This document shows, in pieces, positions 9,761 through 18,561 of a DNA stretch of 64,000 nucleotides. A program made the position numbers and the translations under genes. Source of the DNA: Candidatus Micrarchaeota archaeon (GTDB taxonomy: Archaea > Micrarchaeota > Micrarchaeia > Micrarchaeales > CABMGC01); NCBI GenBank assembly GCA_021803425.1, contig JAJZLN010000020.1:3924-67923 (forward strand), in the 5' to 3' direction. Positions within the stretch are counted from its first letter, which is position 1, and each line of letters opens with the position of its first letter. Under the pieces are notes generated by a model that was not told where the DNA came from, did not search any database, and was given only the letters and a program-made list of their open reading frames with translations.

Positions 9761-10429
9761 GTGCTGATTATGAAAATAGAAAAGATATCCGAAGGGATAT
9801 TCAAAGTAGACGGAAGGCTTGCAACTATTAATTTGACTCCGGATTCAAAGGTGTATGGAGAAGAGCTAATAGAAGTAGAAGGAATACAGTATAGATCGTG
9901 GAATCCATACAGAAGCAAACTTGCAGCGGCAATAAGCAAGGGGCTCACGAATATCCATATGAAGCCAAAGAGCCATATACTGTATTTAGGCGCAGCCACA
10001 GGTACAACAAGCAGTCACCTAAGCGACATAGTTGGAAAAGATGGGATAATATACTGCATAGAGATAGCAGAACGCAGTATGAGAGATCTATTGAAGGTTT
10101 GTGAAAAAAGAAGCAACATGCTGCCCGTATTGCAAGATGCAAGAAAAATCGAATCTTATTCTGAAGAAGTAGGACAAGTGGACATAATATATCAAGACGT
10201 AGCGGCAAGAGACCAGGATATAATACTGCTCAGAAATTCGGATATGCTTAAGAAAGGAGGGTATGCATACGTTGCAATAAAATCACAGAGCATAGATGTA
10301 TCCAGAGATCCGAAACTAGTTTATAGAGAGTTTCTTGACTCCATATCAGGAAAATTTGATGTTTTAGAAAAATTGGATTTATCTCCTTACGACCAAATGC
10401 ACCTCTTTGTTGCCCTGAGAAAAAAATGA
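9761..10429 (+). CDS. flpA: Fibrillarin (C/D box sRNP rRNA/tRNA 2'-O-methyltransferase)
   Basis: 222-aa ORF with YRSWNPYRSKLAAAI, the SAM-binding motif ILYLGAATGTTSSHLSDIV, and IYQDVA. ATG at 9770 (MKIEKISEG..) is the more likely start than GTG 9761. Confidence 0.92.
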   Translation: MLIMKIEKISEGIFKVDGRLATINLTPDSKVYGEELIEVEGIQYRSWNPYRSKLAAAISKGLTNIHMKPKSHILYLGAATGTTSSHLSDIVGKDGIIYCIEIAERSMRDLLKVCEKRSNMLPVLQDARKIESYSEEVGQVDIIYQDVAARDQDIILLRNSDMLKKGGYAYVAIKSQSIDVSRDPKLVYREFLDSISGKFDVLEKLDLSPYDQMHLFVALRKK

Positions 10430-10593
10430 CGGTTGCAGTTTTATAAAGTTGCTTGAAGACGTAGGCTGTTTCCTAGAGCATTATTCCGGAATAGGTATCT
10501 TATTTAGAGTGCTTGTGCCTTCAGTGGAATGCGGCACATTAGGGCTTATTGCCGCGTACAAATAATTAAAACCTATTTGGTGTATATAGTACC

Positions 10594-11448
10594 ATGGACA
10601 TTTCCAGATATCTCAAGGAAATAGATAATATACAAAATTCAGATTTGTTGTGCAGATGTTGCGGGGCGAAAGTCGCAGTGTTGTCTAATGCTTCTGAATC
10701 GATATGCAATTTCTGTGAGGCTTTTGTAACATATGACCATGCAAATGTCGTCCATGGCTCAAGGGAAATAGAAAAAAATTTGTTAGGGATGCAGAATGCG
10801 GTAGCTGATGGCAAATGGGAAGAGGGAGTGCAATATGCAGACGCACTTGCCGCTACAAAAGAGCCGCACTTCCTTTTTGGTGCATCGGCATTTTACAGAT
10901 ACTTTTCAGACCGCATATACAATGGCATAGACTATTCGCTGCCAGGATTCATGTACAGTAATTCAGAAAAAAGAAGTGATGAATACAATAAAAACAAATT
11001 CAACGCAATGGCAAACATCTCAAAGTCGAAAGAATTCCTGTTCAAAGCGATAAAGATAATGAATGGTACTGCATCCCAAGACCCAGAGATTATTTTCCTT
11101 CATTTCATGTCAGAAATTAAACTTAAGAGGAATGTACTCTCGAAAAAATTGCTGAATGATATAAAAGGGTCAAAAACCCCAGACCAGATAAAAAGTTATT
11201 CTGAAATGGTTTACGGAGTTGCCACAGGAGACAGACAATCAGAAAAATATATCTCGGATTCTATATCTAAGGGGATAGCAAATTCCATTTATTACCTGTC
11301 AAAGTACCTTGCATCAAATAAACGGGAAATAGAGGCTTCGATAATTTTGCTTACTGAATTTGTCAAAAAAACAAATATGCCAATGGCATATTTTGATATC
11401 ATCTCCCTTAAGGCCGTAGGCAACGCGTCCTATCTTGAGGTATATTAA
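10594..11448 (+). CDS. Hypothetical protein with N-terminal zinc-ribbon-like CxxC..CxxC
   Basis: 284-aa ORF with CRCCGAKVAVLSNASESICNFC near the N-terminus and a helical remainder. Its stop overlaps the GH15 start by 1 nt (TAATG). Confidence 0.6.
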   Translation: MDISRYLKEIDNIQNSDLLCRCCGAKVAVLSNASESICNFCEAFVTYDHANVVHGSREIEKNLLGMQNAVADGKWEEGVQYADALAATKEPHFLFGASAFYRYFSDRIYNGIDYSLPGFMYSNSEKRSDEYNKNKFNAMANISKSKEFLFKAIKIMNGTASQDPEIIFLHFMSEIKLKRNVLSKKLLNDIKGSKTPDQIKSYSEMVYGVATGDRQSEKYISDSISKGIANSIYYLSKYLASNKREIEASIILLTEFVKKTNMPMAYFDIISLKAVGNASYLEVY

Positions 11449-13205
11449 TGCAAAAAAGCAATGAGCACATATTCCTGTCGAACTCGATGACTTCTGCCCT
11501 TGAATCTAACGGAGAGATTGATTGGTTTCCATGTCCAAGATTTGATTCTGACTCCATATTTTCCAAAATATTAGGAGATGATAGAGCAGGTTACTTTTCA
11601 ATAAAACCCAAATTAGATTACACCCTGCACACTTCTTATGTAGGCAATAGTCTTGCAGTATTGAATACCTTTGAAACCAAAAAGGGAAGATTAAAGCTCA
11701 TTGACTTCATCCCTCTCGGAATGCCTGCAATAATGCGCATATTTGATTCAGAAATCCCATTCACTGTGGATGTAAAACCAGTATTCCGTTATGGATCTAT
11801 AAAGGCGGAAGTGAGCAAGGAAACAAATGGATTTACGTTCAGAAATCCAAAAGCAGAGGATTCTTTGGAGATAGGCATAAAGGGAAAATATTCTGAAGAC
11901 AAAGAGGGAAGAATAACTGTTGAGAAAGGACGGGGGCATGTTTTTGCATTGTATTCAAAGAATTCCAGATATGGTTTATTTGGCTCTGGAGGTTCAGTTT
12001 TTGGGCACCCAAATGAAGCTTATGAATCAATGATAAAATATTGGAATATGCAAATTTCGATGGCAAGAAGCGTGTCAACGTTCAAAAAAGCTTACCAGAG
12101 GTCCATAGCTACAATCCTCGGACTCATGTATCTGCCTTCTGGCGCAGTGATAGCCGCCTCTTCTGCATCTCTGCCGGAAATAATTGGCGGATTGAGGAAC
12201 TGGGACTATAGATATGTATGGATACGCGACGCTTCATATGCTGCAAATTCGCTCTCAAAAGCAGGATTATTTTCAAAATCCAGAAGAATTCTTAATTTCA
12301 TGATAAGTGTGGTGGACCCTTCTTCAAAAACTTTCAATCACCCACTTTATTCAGTAGACGGCACAGCGCCAGCTCCTGAAGAGACGCTGTCTTGGCTAGC
12401 AGGCAACAGGAATTCAAAGCCCGTCAGGATAGGCAACGATGCATATATCCAAATGCAGAAAGATATAGAAGGCGCATTTATGGATGCGCTGTATGTTTAT
12501 ACCGTTAATTCCAAGGACACAGTGCTTGCCCAAGAAAGCTGGTGGGTGGTCGAATCGATAGCAAGATGGGTAACTTCTTCATGGAAGGATAAGAGCATAA
12601 GTTTGTGGGAAGAAAGATCCGAACAGAAACATTATGTCCATACAAAATTAATGGATTATGTGTCATTGGATAGGGCATCAAAACTTGCAAAAATATTGGA
12701 CAAGCAAGATTTTACGTATAAATGGGACAAGATTAAATCTGCAATAAAAAATGATTTTCTAAAAAATGGCTTCTTGACCAAGAGGGGTGCTTTTGTTAAT
12801 TATTACGGTTCGGAATCCCTTGACGCATCTCTTCTGTGTCTGCCCTTATATGATGCCATAGATATTTCAGACAAAAGATTCCTTTCTACATTATCACAAA
12901 TAGAAGCTGAACTTTCTGTGGATGAAGGGTTGCTTTTAAGGTATAAATCTGATTTCGCAGGTGACGTAGTGCACCCATTTACCCTTTTATCCACATGGCT
13001 TGCAAGAGTATATATAAAATTGGGAGAGCTTGACAAAGCCAAGCACATAATAAACATCCTGATTGATAATTCTACCAGCCAGTACCTAATGTCTGAGCAC
13101 GTTGACCACATATTGAATGAATCTAGGGGGAATTTTCCGCAACTGTTTCCACATGCAGGACTTGTTGAAGCAATAATAGACTATGAGGACAAGAAAATAT
13201 CCTAG
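11448..13205 (+). CDS. Glycoside hydrolase family 15 (glucoamylase/trehalase-like)
   Basis: 585 aa. GH15 signature region LRNWDYRYVWIRDASYAANSL, plus a later WEERSEQKHYVHTKLM segment typical of the (alpha/alpha)6 catalytic domain. Confidence 0.88.
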   Translation: MQKSNEHIFLSNSMTSALESNGEIDWFPCPRFDSDSIFSKILGDDRAGYFSIKPKLDYTLHTSYVGNSLAVLNTFETKKGRLKLIDFIPLGMPAIMRIFDSEIPFTVDVKPVFRYGSIKAEVSKETNGFTFRNPKAEDSLEIGIKGKYSEDKEGRITVEKGRGHVFALYSKNSRYGLFGSGGSVFGHPNEAYESMIKYWNMQISMARSVSTFKKAYQRSIATILGLMYLPSGAVIAASSASLPEIIGGLRNWDYRYVWIRDASYAANSLSKAGLFSKSRRILNFMISVVDPSSKTFNHPLYSVDGTAPAPEETLSWLAGNRNSKPVRIGNDAYIQMQKDIEGAFMDALYVYTVNSKDTVLAQESWWVVESIARWVTSSWKDKSISLWEERSEQKHYVHTKLMDYVSLDRASKLAKILDKQDFTYKWDKIKSAIKNDFLKNGFLTKRGAFVNYYGSESLDASLLCLPLYDAIDISDKRFLSTLSQIEAELSVDEGLLLRYKSDFAGDVVHPFTLLSTWLARVYIKLGELDKAKHIINILIDNSTSQYLMSEHVDHILNESRGNFPQLFPHAGLVEAIIDYEDKKIS

Positions 13206-13215
13206 CCAGTAGGCC

Positions 13216-14655
13216 TTATCCTTTCACTACTGCAATAGGCACATTCCTTGCAACAGCCTTGGCAATACCAGCATTGCCAACAGTCTTCACCACTTCATCA
13301 ACATCTTTATATGTCCACTCAGCTTCTTCGCTTACTAATTTTTTTGTCCTTATCCTTATGCTTATGTTTTTATTACTCAGGGAATTGAAAGTTTTTGATG
13401 CTGGTATCTCTCTTAGCGCTTGGTGCCTTGACATTACTCTTCCAGCGCCATGGCATGCAGACCCAAAGGTTTCTTCCATTGCACCATCACTGCCGCATAA
13501 AACATAGCTTGCAGTACCCATGCTTCCCGGTATAAGAACAGGCTGGCCAACGCCCCGGTATTTTTTTGGTATTTCATCCCTTCCCGCAGCAAATGATCTT
13601 GTTGCGCCTTTACGGTGCACATATACCTTCCTCTTCTTTCCCATGACCATATGCTCTTCCAATTTGACTATATTATGTGACAGGTCATACAGTACATCCA
13701 TGCCCAAAGCGTCAGAACTCTTCTTAAACACATTTTCGAAACTTTTGCGGATTGAATTGGTGATTATTTGCTTATTAGTAAATGCGTAATTCACAGCGCA
13801 TTTCATTGCCCCCATATAATCATAAAATTCGTTGCTGCCCACATGCGCATACCCCAATTCAGGATCAGGAAGTACTATATTGTGCTTCTTCTGATACTCA
13901 AGCAATATCTTCAGATAATCACTGCATATTTGATGGCCAAATCCGCGTGACCCCGTATGAACCATTATAACTATTTGGCCTTTGTACAGCCCATATGCTT
14001 TTGCAGTTTTGTCGTCTAATATGCTTTCAACCTTTTGTATTTCAAGAAAATGGTTTCCTGCACCAAGCGTCCCTAGCTCGTTGAGCCCTCTAGATCTAGC
14101 TTCCTTGCTTACTTTGGAAAAATCAGCGCCTGACATGCCCCCGTTTTCTTCTATTCTTTCTATATCTTCATCGATACCAAAGCCCTTCTCGATTATATAT
14201 GGCACTCCGTGCTCGGCTATTTTTTGCAAGTCTTTTTGAGAAAGGCCTAAATTCATTCTGCTCCCGACACCACTTGGGACATTCTTGAACAGCTCATCCA
14301 ATATGTTTTCTACGTTTACACGTAATTCTGCTTCTTCGATATTGGTCTTGATAAGCCTTACAGAGCAATTTATATCAAACCCAACAGCGCCAGGAGAGAC
14401 TATGCCATTTTCTGCATCCGACGCCATTACGCCGCCTATAGGGAATCCGTATCCTTCATGTCCATCAGGCATGACCATGACATTGCCGACAAGGCCCGGA
14501 AGCTTTGCGGCGTTTGACGCCTGAATAAGCGTCTTGTCAAGTTTCATCTTTTCGATCATTTGCTTGTTAGAATAAATGACTACATCAGTATTCATACCTG
14601 GAAATGCTTGTTTCTGTACCATAAACTTATTATCATTGATTATTTCTATCTCCAT
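13216..14655 (-). CDS. rtcB: RNA-splicing ligase RtcB (3'-phosphate/5'-hydroxyl RNA ligase)
   Basis: 479 aa with PDGHEGYGFPIGGV, GAGNHFLEIQ, HTGSRGFGHQ and ACHGAGR. No intein is evident. Confidence 0.95.
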   Translation of the reverse strand: MEIEIINDNKFMVQKQAFPGMNTDVVIYSNKQMIEKMKLDKTLIQASNAAKLPGLVGNVMVMPDGHEGYGFPIGGVMASDAENGIVSPGAVGFDINCSVRLIKTNIEEAELRVNVENILDELFKNVPSGVGSRMNLGLSQKDLQKIAEHGVPYIIEKGFGIDEDIERIEENGGMSGADFSKVSKEARSRGLNELGTLGAGNHFLEIQKVESILDDKTAKAYGLYKGQIVIMVHTGSRGFGHQICSDYLKILLEYQKKHNIVLPDPELGYAHVGSNEFYDYMGAMKCAVNYAFTNKQIITNSIRKSFENVFKKSSDALGMDVLYDLSHNIVKLEEHMVMGKKRKVYVHRKGATRSFAAGRDEIPKKYRGVGQPVLIPGSMGTASYVLCGSDGAMEETFGSACHGAGRVMSRHQALREIPASKTFNSLSNKNISIRIRTKKLVSEEAEWTYKDVDEVVKTVGNAGIAKAVARNVPIAVVKG

Positions 14656-14737
14656 GAAAAATGCCGCAAAACCAAAAGGTAAAGTATTATATATGAGTTA
14701 ATGTTATTATAAGTATACCTGTATTTCAGGTATCACA

Positions 14738-14750
14738 CTTTAAATATAAT
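14738..14750 (+). promoter_or_regulatory. Candidate TATA box for tRNA-Leu
   Basis: CTTTAAATATAAT is centred about 27 nt upstream of the tRNA 5' end at 14772, the spacing expected for archaeal promoters. Confidence 0.4.
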
Positions 14751-14771
14751 ATGTTATAATTACTACGTGTT

Positions 14772-14869
14772 GCAGGGATGGCGGAGCCTGGTCAAACGCG
14801 ATGGACTCAAGATCCATTGGCTTAGGCCTACGAGAGTTCAAAAAACCTGAACAAATCTCTCTCCCTGCA
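14772..14869 (+). tRNA. tRNA-Leu (anticodon CAA), 98 nt, with a 13-nt insertion (candidate intron) inside the T-loop
   Basis: Acceptor GCAGGGA/TCCCTGC plus A; anticodon stem ATGGA/TCCAT with loop CTCAAGA; long variable arm TGGCTTAGGCCTAC. T stem GAGAG (14832-14836)/CTCTC (14857-14861) encloses 20 nt (TTCAAAAAACCTGAACAAAT) instead of the 7-nt TTCAAAT. Confidence 0.8.
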
Positions 14870-14889
14870 TCACTAAAATAAGTGATAGA

Positions 14890-15657
14890 ATGTCTATGAA
14901 ACAAAAAAATAGGGGCAAGTCATTGAAGAAACCAGAGAAGAGGAGGGCGTCAAAAAATGTTTCAAGAATTGCAAAGAAAAGGCCGAGATCGAAGCCGTTA
15001 AGGAGGGCAAAGGCAGCAATAAAATTCAGAGACCAAATAATGTTTGATATAGAGCATTATCCACAGACTGAGGAGTTTACAAGTTCTGCGGCATGCGCCA
15101 TGATGGTGCTGAACCACATAAAACCTGAATTCAAAATGAAAAAGGAGGAAGAGTACAGCATATGGCAAGAGGCCGTCAATGGAAGCATATGGCATGGCTC
15201 CAAATACGGGCTCGCATACTCCATAGCCAAAAGGGGCGCAAAAGTAAAGATACTGAGCAACACTAAGGATGAGGGATACGACAAGAAGCTTGCAGTATAC
15301 GAAAATGTTAACATAGATACACTTATTGCATCATTCAATGAAATAAAAGAAAAGGCATTGAATATGAAAGTTGAGGAGGAATATAGAAATAATCTTTCGA
15401 TAAACGCAATAAAGAAAGCGCTATCTTCGAACCAGATACCGATAGTTTTGATAGATGCAAATGCACTTAATCCATATCTCGATTCATCGCCGCACTGGGT
15501 GCTAGTAAAGGGATATGACAAGGATGCATTTTACATAAATGACCCGTATTCTGACAGCACAGTAACGCTTGATCATGATGCATTCAAATCAGCTTTGGGA
15601 TTCGACAATAATTTCCACTTCATTCTCACAAACGTTAAGTCACAGAAGAAAAAGTAA
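14890..15657 (+). CDS. Peptidase C39-like (papain-fold) protein with Lys/Arg-rich N-terminal extension
   Basis: 255-aa ORF. The core from MFDIEHYPQTEEFTSSAACAMMVL (candidate nucleophile Cys) to SSPHWVLVKGYD..FYINDP (candidate His/Asp) resembles C39-like peptidase domains. The first ~50 aa are almost pure K/R, so an internal start at MFDIEH is possible. Confidence 0.55.
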   Translation: MSMKQKNRGKSLKKPEKRRASKNVSRIAKKRPRSKPLRRAKAAIKFRDQIMFDIEHYPQTEEFTSSAACAMMVLNHIKPEFKMKKEEEYSIWQEAVNGSIWHGSKYGLAYSIAKRGAKVKILSNTKDEGYDKKLAVYENVNIDTLIASFNEIKEKALNMKVEEEYRNNLSINAIKKALSSNQIPIVLIDANALNPYLDSSPHWVLVKGYDKDAFYINDPYSDSTVTLDHDAFKSALGFDNNFHFILTNVKSQKKK

Positions 15658-15756
15658 TTCCATAGCATTATCCAAGAAAGTCGGATGTCACTCGCCTGGT
15701 TTGAACCAAGAGTGAAACTGTATGCGACGTTTGATAATTTCAACGGATTTCGGAAG

Positions 15757-15771
15757 GTTTTTAAATTTATT
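15757..15771 (+). promoter_or_regulatory. Candidate TATA box for 5S rRNA
   Basis: GTTTTTAAATTTATT lies about 20-28 nt upstream of the inferred 5S 5' end. Confidence 0.35.
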
Positions 15772-15785
15772 CTGATTAAAAGTGA

Positions 15786-15904
15786 ATGTCAAACGGCCAT
15801 AGGAGCAGGGAAACGCCCGAACACATACCGAACTCGGAAGCTAAGACTGCTCACGACACGAAATACTGCCCTAACCGGTGGAAAAGCGTGTTGCTGTTTG
15901 GCAT
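15786..15904 (+). rRNA. rrf: 5S ribosomal RNA (orphan, not linked to 16S/23S)
   Basis: Terminal helix ATGTCAAACGGC/GCTGTTTGGCAT. Conserved 5S core CCATAGGAGCAGGGAAACGCCCGAACACATACCGAACTCGGAAGCTAAGACTGCTC and ..ATACTGCCCTAACCGGTGGAAAAGCG. The 84-aa ORF 15685-15939 is therefore spurious. Confidence 0.88.
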
Positions 15905-16926
15905 TATTTTTGCCTCTTGAACAGATCCTCTATCGCTGAGCGCATTATTACCCCGTACTCGTTCTCAGGAACAAGGCCAGTATATGTTTCAAGCTGTGAC
16001 TTGGCCTTGTTGCCGTATTCCACAGCAATTGACCTTGCATAATCTATGCTTCCGTATTTAATTGCAGTTTCATTAAGAAATTGTATCTCATCCTCAGACT
16101 TTTCATCTCTCTTTTTCTTGTATATAGAATCAATCCTTTTTTTCTCAGCGTCGCTTGCGTTCTTATACGCATGAAGCATGATTAAGGTCAACTTGCCTTC
16201 ATATAGATCGCCAAACTTTTTCTTACCGAACACTTTTTCATCTGCGGTCATATCCAGTATGTCATCGACTATCTGGAATGCTATGCCTGCAGGCTCACCT
16301 ATGGACTTAAGCATATTCAGAACGCCTTCCGGTTGTGAAGCAACCATGGCACCGATCTGCATGGGCCCATACACCGAATAATAGCATGTCTTGCTTTGCA
16401 CTATGCGAAAATACAGCTCATCTGAAGCTTTACTAAGATCCCTTACATGGTATATGAAATTAGTTTCTATATACTGCCCTTCGACAGTGTACTCAAGCAT
16501 ATTATAAAATTTGTCGAATAGCTTGGCGCCTGCGTCTGCGCCTGCTGCGATCATATAATCCTTGAGCATTTTCCACATGGCGATGTGGGCGGCATCTCCG
16601 GCATTTATTGCTATTTCATTCCCATATATCTTATGAAGCGCTGGCTTGCCGCGCCTTAATTCAGAATTATCCTCTATGTCATCGTGTATGAGTATCCAGT
16701 CTTCCGAAAGCTGCATTGCCGCTGCAGGAAGCACTAACTTTTCGGAGCCAGTTCCAAACATCTCGCCGCTGAGCATGAGTAGGCCGGGACGCCTGTAGTT
16801 ACCCATCCTTTCGCTGTATTCCCTGACAGCTTTGTAGTGGTCAACGGGATCCTTAAGAGGTATATATTCCATTATCTTTGAATATATTAGCCTCCTGCGT
16901 GATTCTATGTATTCCTTAAAATCCAA
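15904..16926 (-). CDS. idsA: Polyprenyl (geranylgeranyl) diphosphate synthase
   Basis: 340 aa. First Asp-rich motif LIHDDIEDNSELRRGKP, second Asp-rich motif FQIVDDILD. Confidence 0.9.
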   Translation of the reverse strand: MDFKEYIESRRRLIYSKIMEYIPLKDPVDHYKAVREYSERMGNYRRPGLLMLSGEMFGTGSEKLVLPAAAMQLSEDWILIHDDIEDNSELRRGKPALHKIYGNEIAINAGDAAHIAMWKMLKDYMIAAGADAGAKLFDKFYNMLEYTVEGQYIETNFIYHVRDLSKASDELYFRIVQSKTCYYSVYGPMQIGAMVASQPEGVLNMLKSIGEPAGIAFQIVDDILDMTADEKVFGKKKFGDLYEGKLTLIMLHAYKNASDAEKKRIDSIYKKKRDEKSEDEIQFLNETAIKYGSIDYARSIAVEYGNKAKSQLETYTGLVPENEYGVIMRSAIEDLFKRQK

Positions 16927-16930
16927 AATA

Positions 16931-17692
16931 TCATCTTGAAGATTGCAGATTATACAAACAGTATCTCTTAAGCGGACATTTACTACATAAAGGTTTTGCT
17001 TTGCAGTAGTTTTTGCCCAATTCTACGAACTGAGCATGAAAATCCTTATAAAGGCCGATTTTAGGAGGGATTTTGGAAATGATCATGGACTGCAGTTCAT
17101 CATATTCAATATCGTCCTTGATTGCATATACTCTGCTCATTATCCTTTTTGTATATGCGTCTATAACAAATACCCTCTTTCCTGCCGCATAAAGGATTAT
17201 TGAATCTGCGGTCTCCTTGCCTATGCCATTCAAACTTAGGAGTTCCCCCCTGAGCGGCATTGTATTCTTTTTAAACATTCTGTTTAGTGAAGCGTATTTT
17301 TGCACTACATACTTGGATATATAACTTAGTCTTTTTGCCTTCTGCCTATAGTATCCCGAGGGTCTTATAAGCCCTTCAAGGTAGCTGGTTTCCATTTCGC
17401 TTATTTTTTTGATGCTGAGAGAGTCCGCACTTCTTAGGTTTGATATAGCACGCTCAACATTCTTCCATGATGTCTGCTGGGTTAGTATCGCCCCTATGAA
17501 TATCTCGTCTTTAGTATCTCCAGGCCACCAATTAAGGAATCCGAAATGCTGTCGCAATTTAGAATATAGGGATTTGACTGAAATTGTATCTTGCGTTGAC
17601 GCACCGATTACAGTTTTATCTCTCCGCTTTCCAGTTTTGAAATGATGTCCTTTGCGCTTATGCCTTCGCAGGTTATATTCATGCTTTTGCAT
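16931..17692 (-). CDS. Endonuclease III-related HhH-GPD family protein with 4Fe-4S cluster loop
   Basis: 253-aa ORF with FGFLNWWPGDTKDEIFIGAILTQQTSWKNVERA, the HhH region LLSLNGIGKETADSIILY, and C-terminal CKAKPLCSKCPLKRYC. The first 85 nt overlap the rpl11 3' end and encode only K/R/H-rich sequence, so the true start is probably further downstream (non-ATG). Confidence 0.8.
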   Translation of the reverse strand: MQKHEYNLRRHKRKGHHFKTGKRRDKTVIGASTQDTISVKSLYSKLRQHFGFLNWWPGDTKDEIFIGAILTQQTSWKNVERAISNLRSADSLSIKKISEMETSYLEGLIRPSGYYRQKAKRLSYISKYVVQKYASLNRMFKKNTMPLRGELLSLNGIGKETADSIILYAAGKRVFVIDAYTKRIMSRVYAIKDDIEYDELQSMIISKIPPKIGLYKDFHAQFVELGKNYCKAKPLCSKCPLKRYCLYNLQSSR

Positions 17693-18078
17693 GTGCCAAG
17701 CACCTGCTTTACCCTGGATTTCATTGAATTTCCGTATAGAGATGCTTCTTTCGACTCTGCAATTTTCTTTACCTGGTCTATGGTTATGTTGCCTGCGACC
17801 TCCTCCTTTGATTTTGCACCTTTCTGTATACCAAGTTCTTTGAGTATAAGCGCGCTAGTAGTAGGTGACCCCACCTCTATCCTGTACTCTTTTGTCTCTT
17901 TGTTTACAGTGACTTTTACAGGTATCTTTATTCCCTCAAACGCTTTTGTCTTTTCATTTATTTCATTGACTATATTGCCTGTGTTCACTCCAAGCGGCCC
18001 TAGAGCAGGTCCGAATGGAGGGCCTCCGCTTGCCTTCCCTCCCTCTATCAATCCGTTTACTACAACATCTGTCATCAA
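17608..18078 (-). CDS. rpl11: Ribosomal protein L11 (uL11)
   Basis: 156 aa with GGKASGGPPFGPALGPLGVN, the KIPVKVTV segment and a C-terminal domain. Confidence 0.93.
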   Translation of the reverse strand: MMTDVVVNGLIEGGKASGGPPFGPALGPLGVNTGNIVNEINEKTKAFEGIKIPVKVTVNKETKEYRIEVGSPTTSALILKELGIQKGAKSKEEVAGNITIDQVKKIAESKEASLYGNSMKSRVKQVLGTCKSMNITCEGISAKDIISKLESGEIKL

Positions 18079-18524
18079 ATCACTTGGTTTGCTTTTTGAA
18101 TTATACGGGCCATATTGGACTTTGTAGTCACTGGTATTGGCACAGCAACATCCATGAGCTCCACGGTTATTTCATCCTTTCCTGAATCAGTCTTTATTAC
18201 CTTGGCTTTATATCCCTTGAATGGGCCTCCAAAGAACTCTATTACATCGTTTATAGCTATCTGTTGAGTGGCCTGTTTTGAGGATAGCATCTTCTCAAGC
18301 TCAGATTCCTCTAGGGGCTTGGAGAGCATCCCCTTTACATGGGGTTCATTAAGTATCAGATCGCGGCATGCAATCTCAGAAGCGGCTTCTATCACAACGT
18401 ACCCTTTCATGCCGAATGGCATTATTATTGAATATATGTCATTTGCGCCTTTGGCGGCTTTGTTCTGTATTATGTCAGAAGTTATCTTCTCCTGGCTTGC
18501 AGTTACTCTTACTATGAAGTACAA
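18075..18524 (-). CDS. spt5: Transcription elongation factor Spt5 (NusG)
   Basis: 149 aa. NGN domain (YFIVRVTASQEK..GYVVIEA) and KOW motif (GPFKGYKAKVIKTDSGKDEITVEL). 4-nt overlap with rpl11. Confidence 0.9.
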   Translation of the reverse strand: MYFIVRVTASQEKITSDIIQNKAAKGANDIYSIIMPFGMKGYVVIEAASEIACRDLILNEPHVKGMLSKPLEESELEKMLSSKQATQQIAINDVIEFFGGPFKGYKAKVIKTDSGKDEITVELMDVAVPIPVTTKSNMARIIQKANQVI

Positions 18525-18561
18525 TTAATCACTTTTTAATATTATCCATTGATATTCTTTT

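Noticed and set aside
15685-15939. 84-aa ORF in the ORF track
   Set aside because: It is entirely explained by the 5S rRNA gene (15786-15904) and its leader. The translated sequence has no protein-like features.
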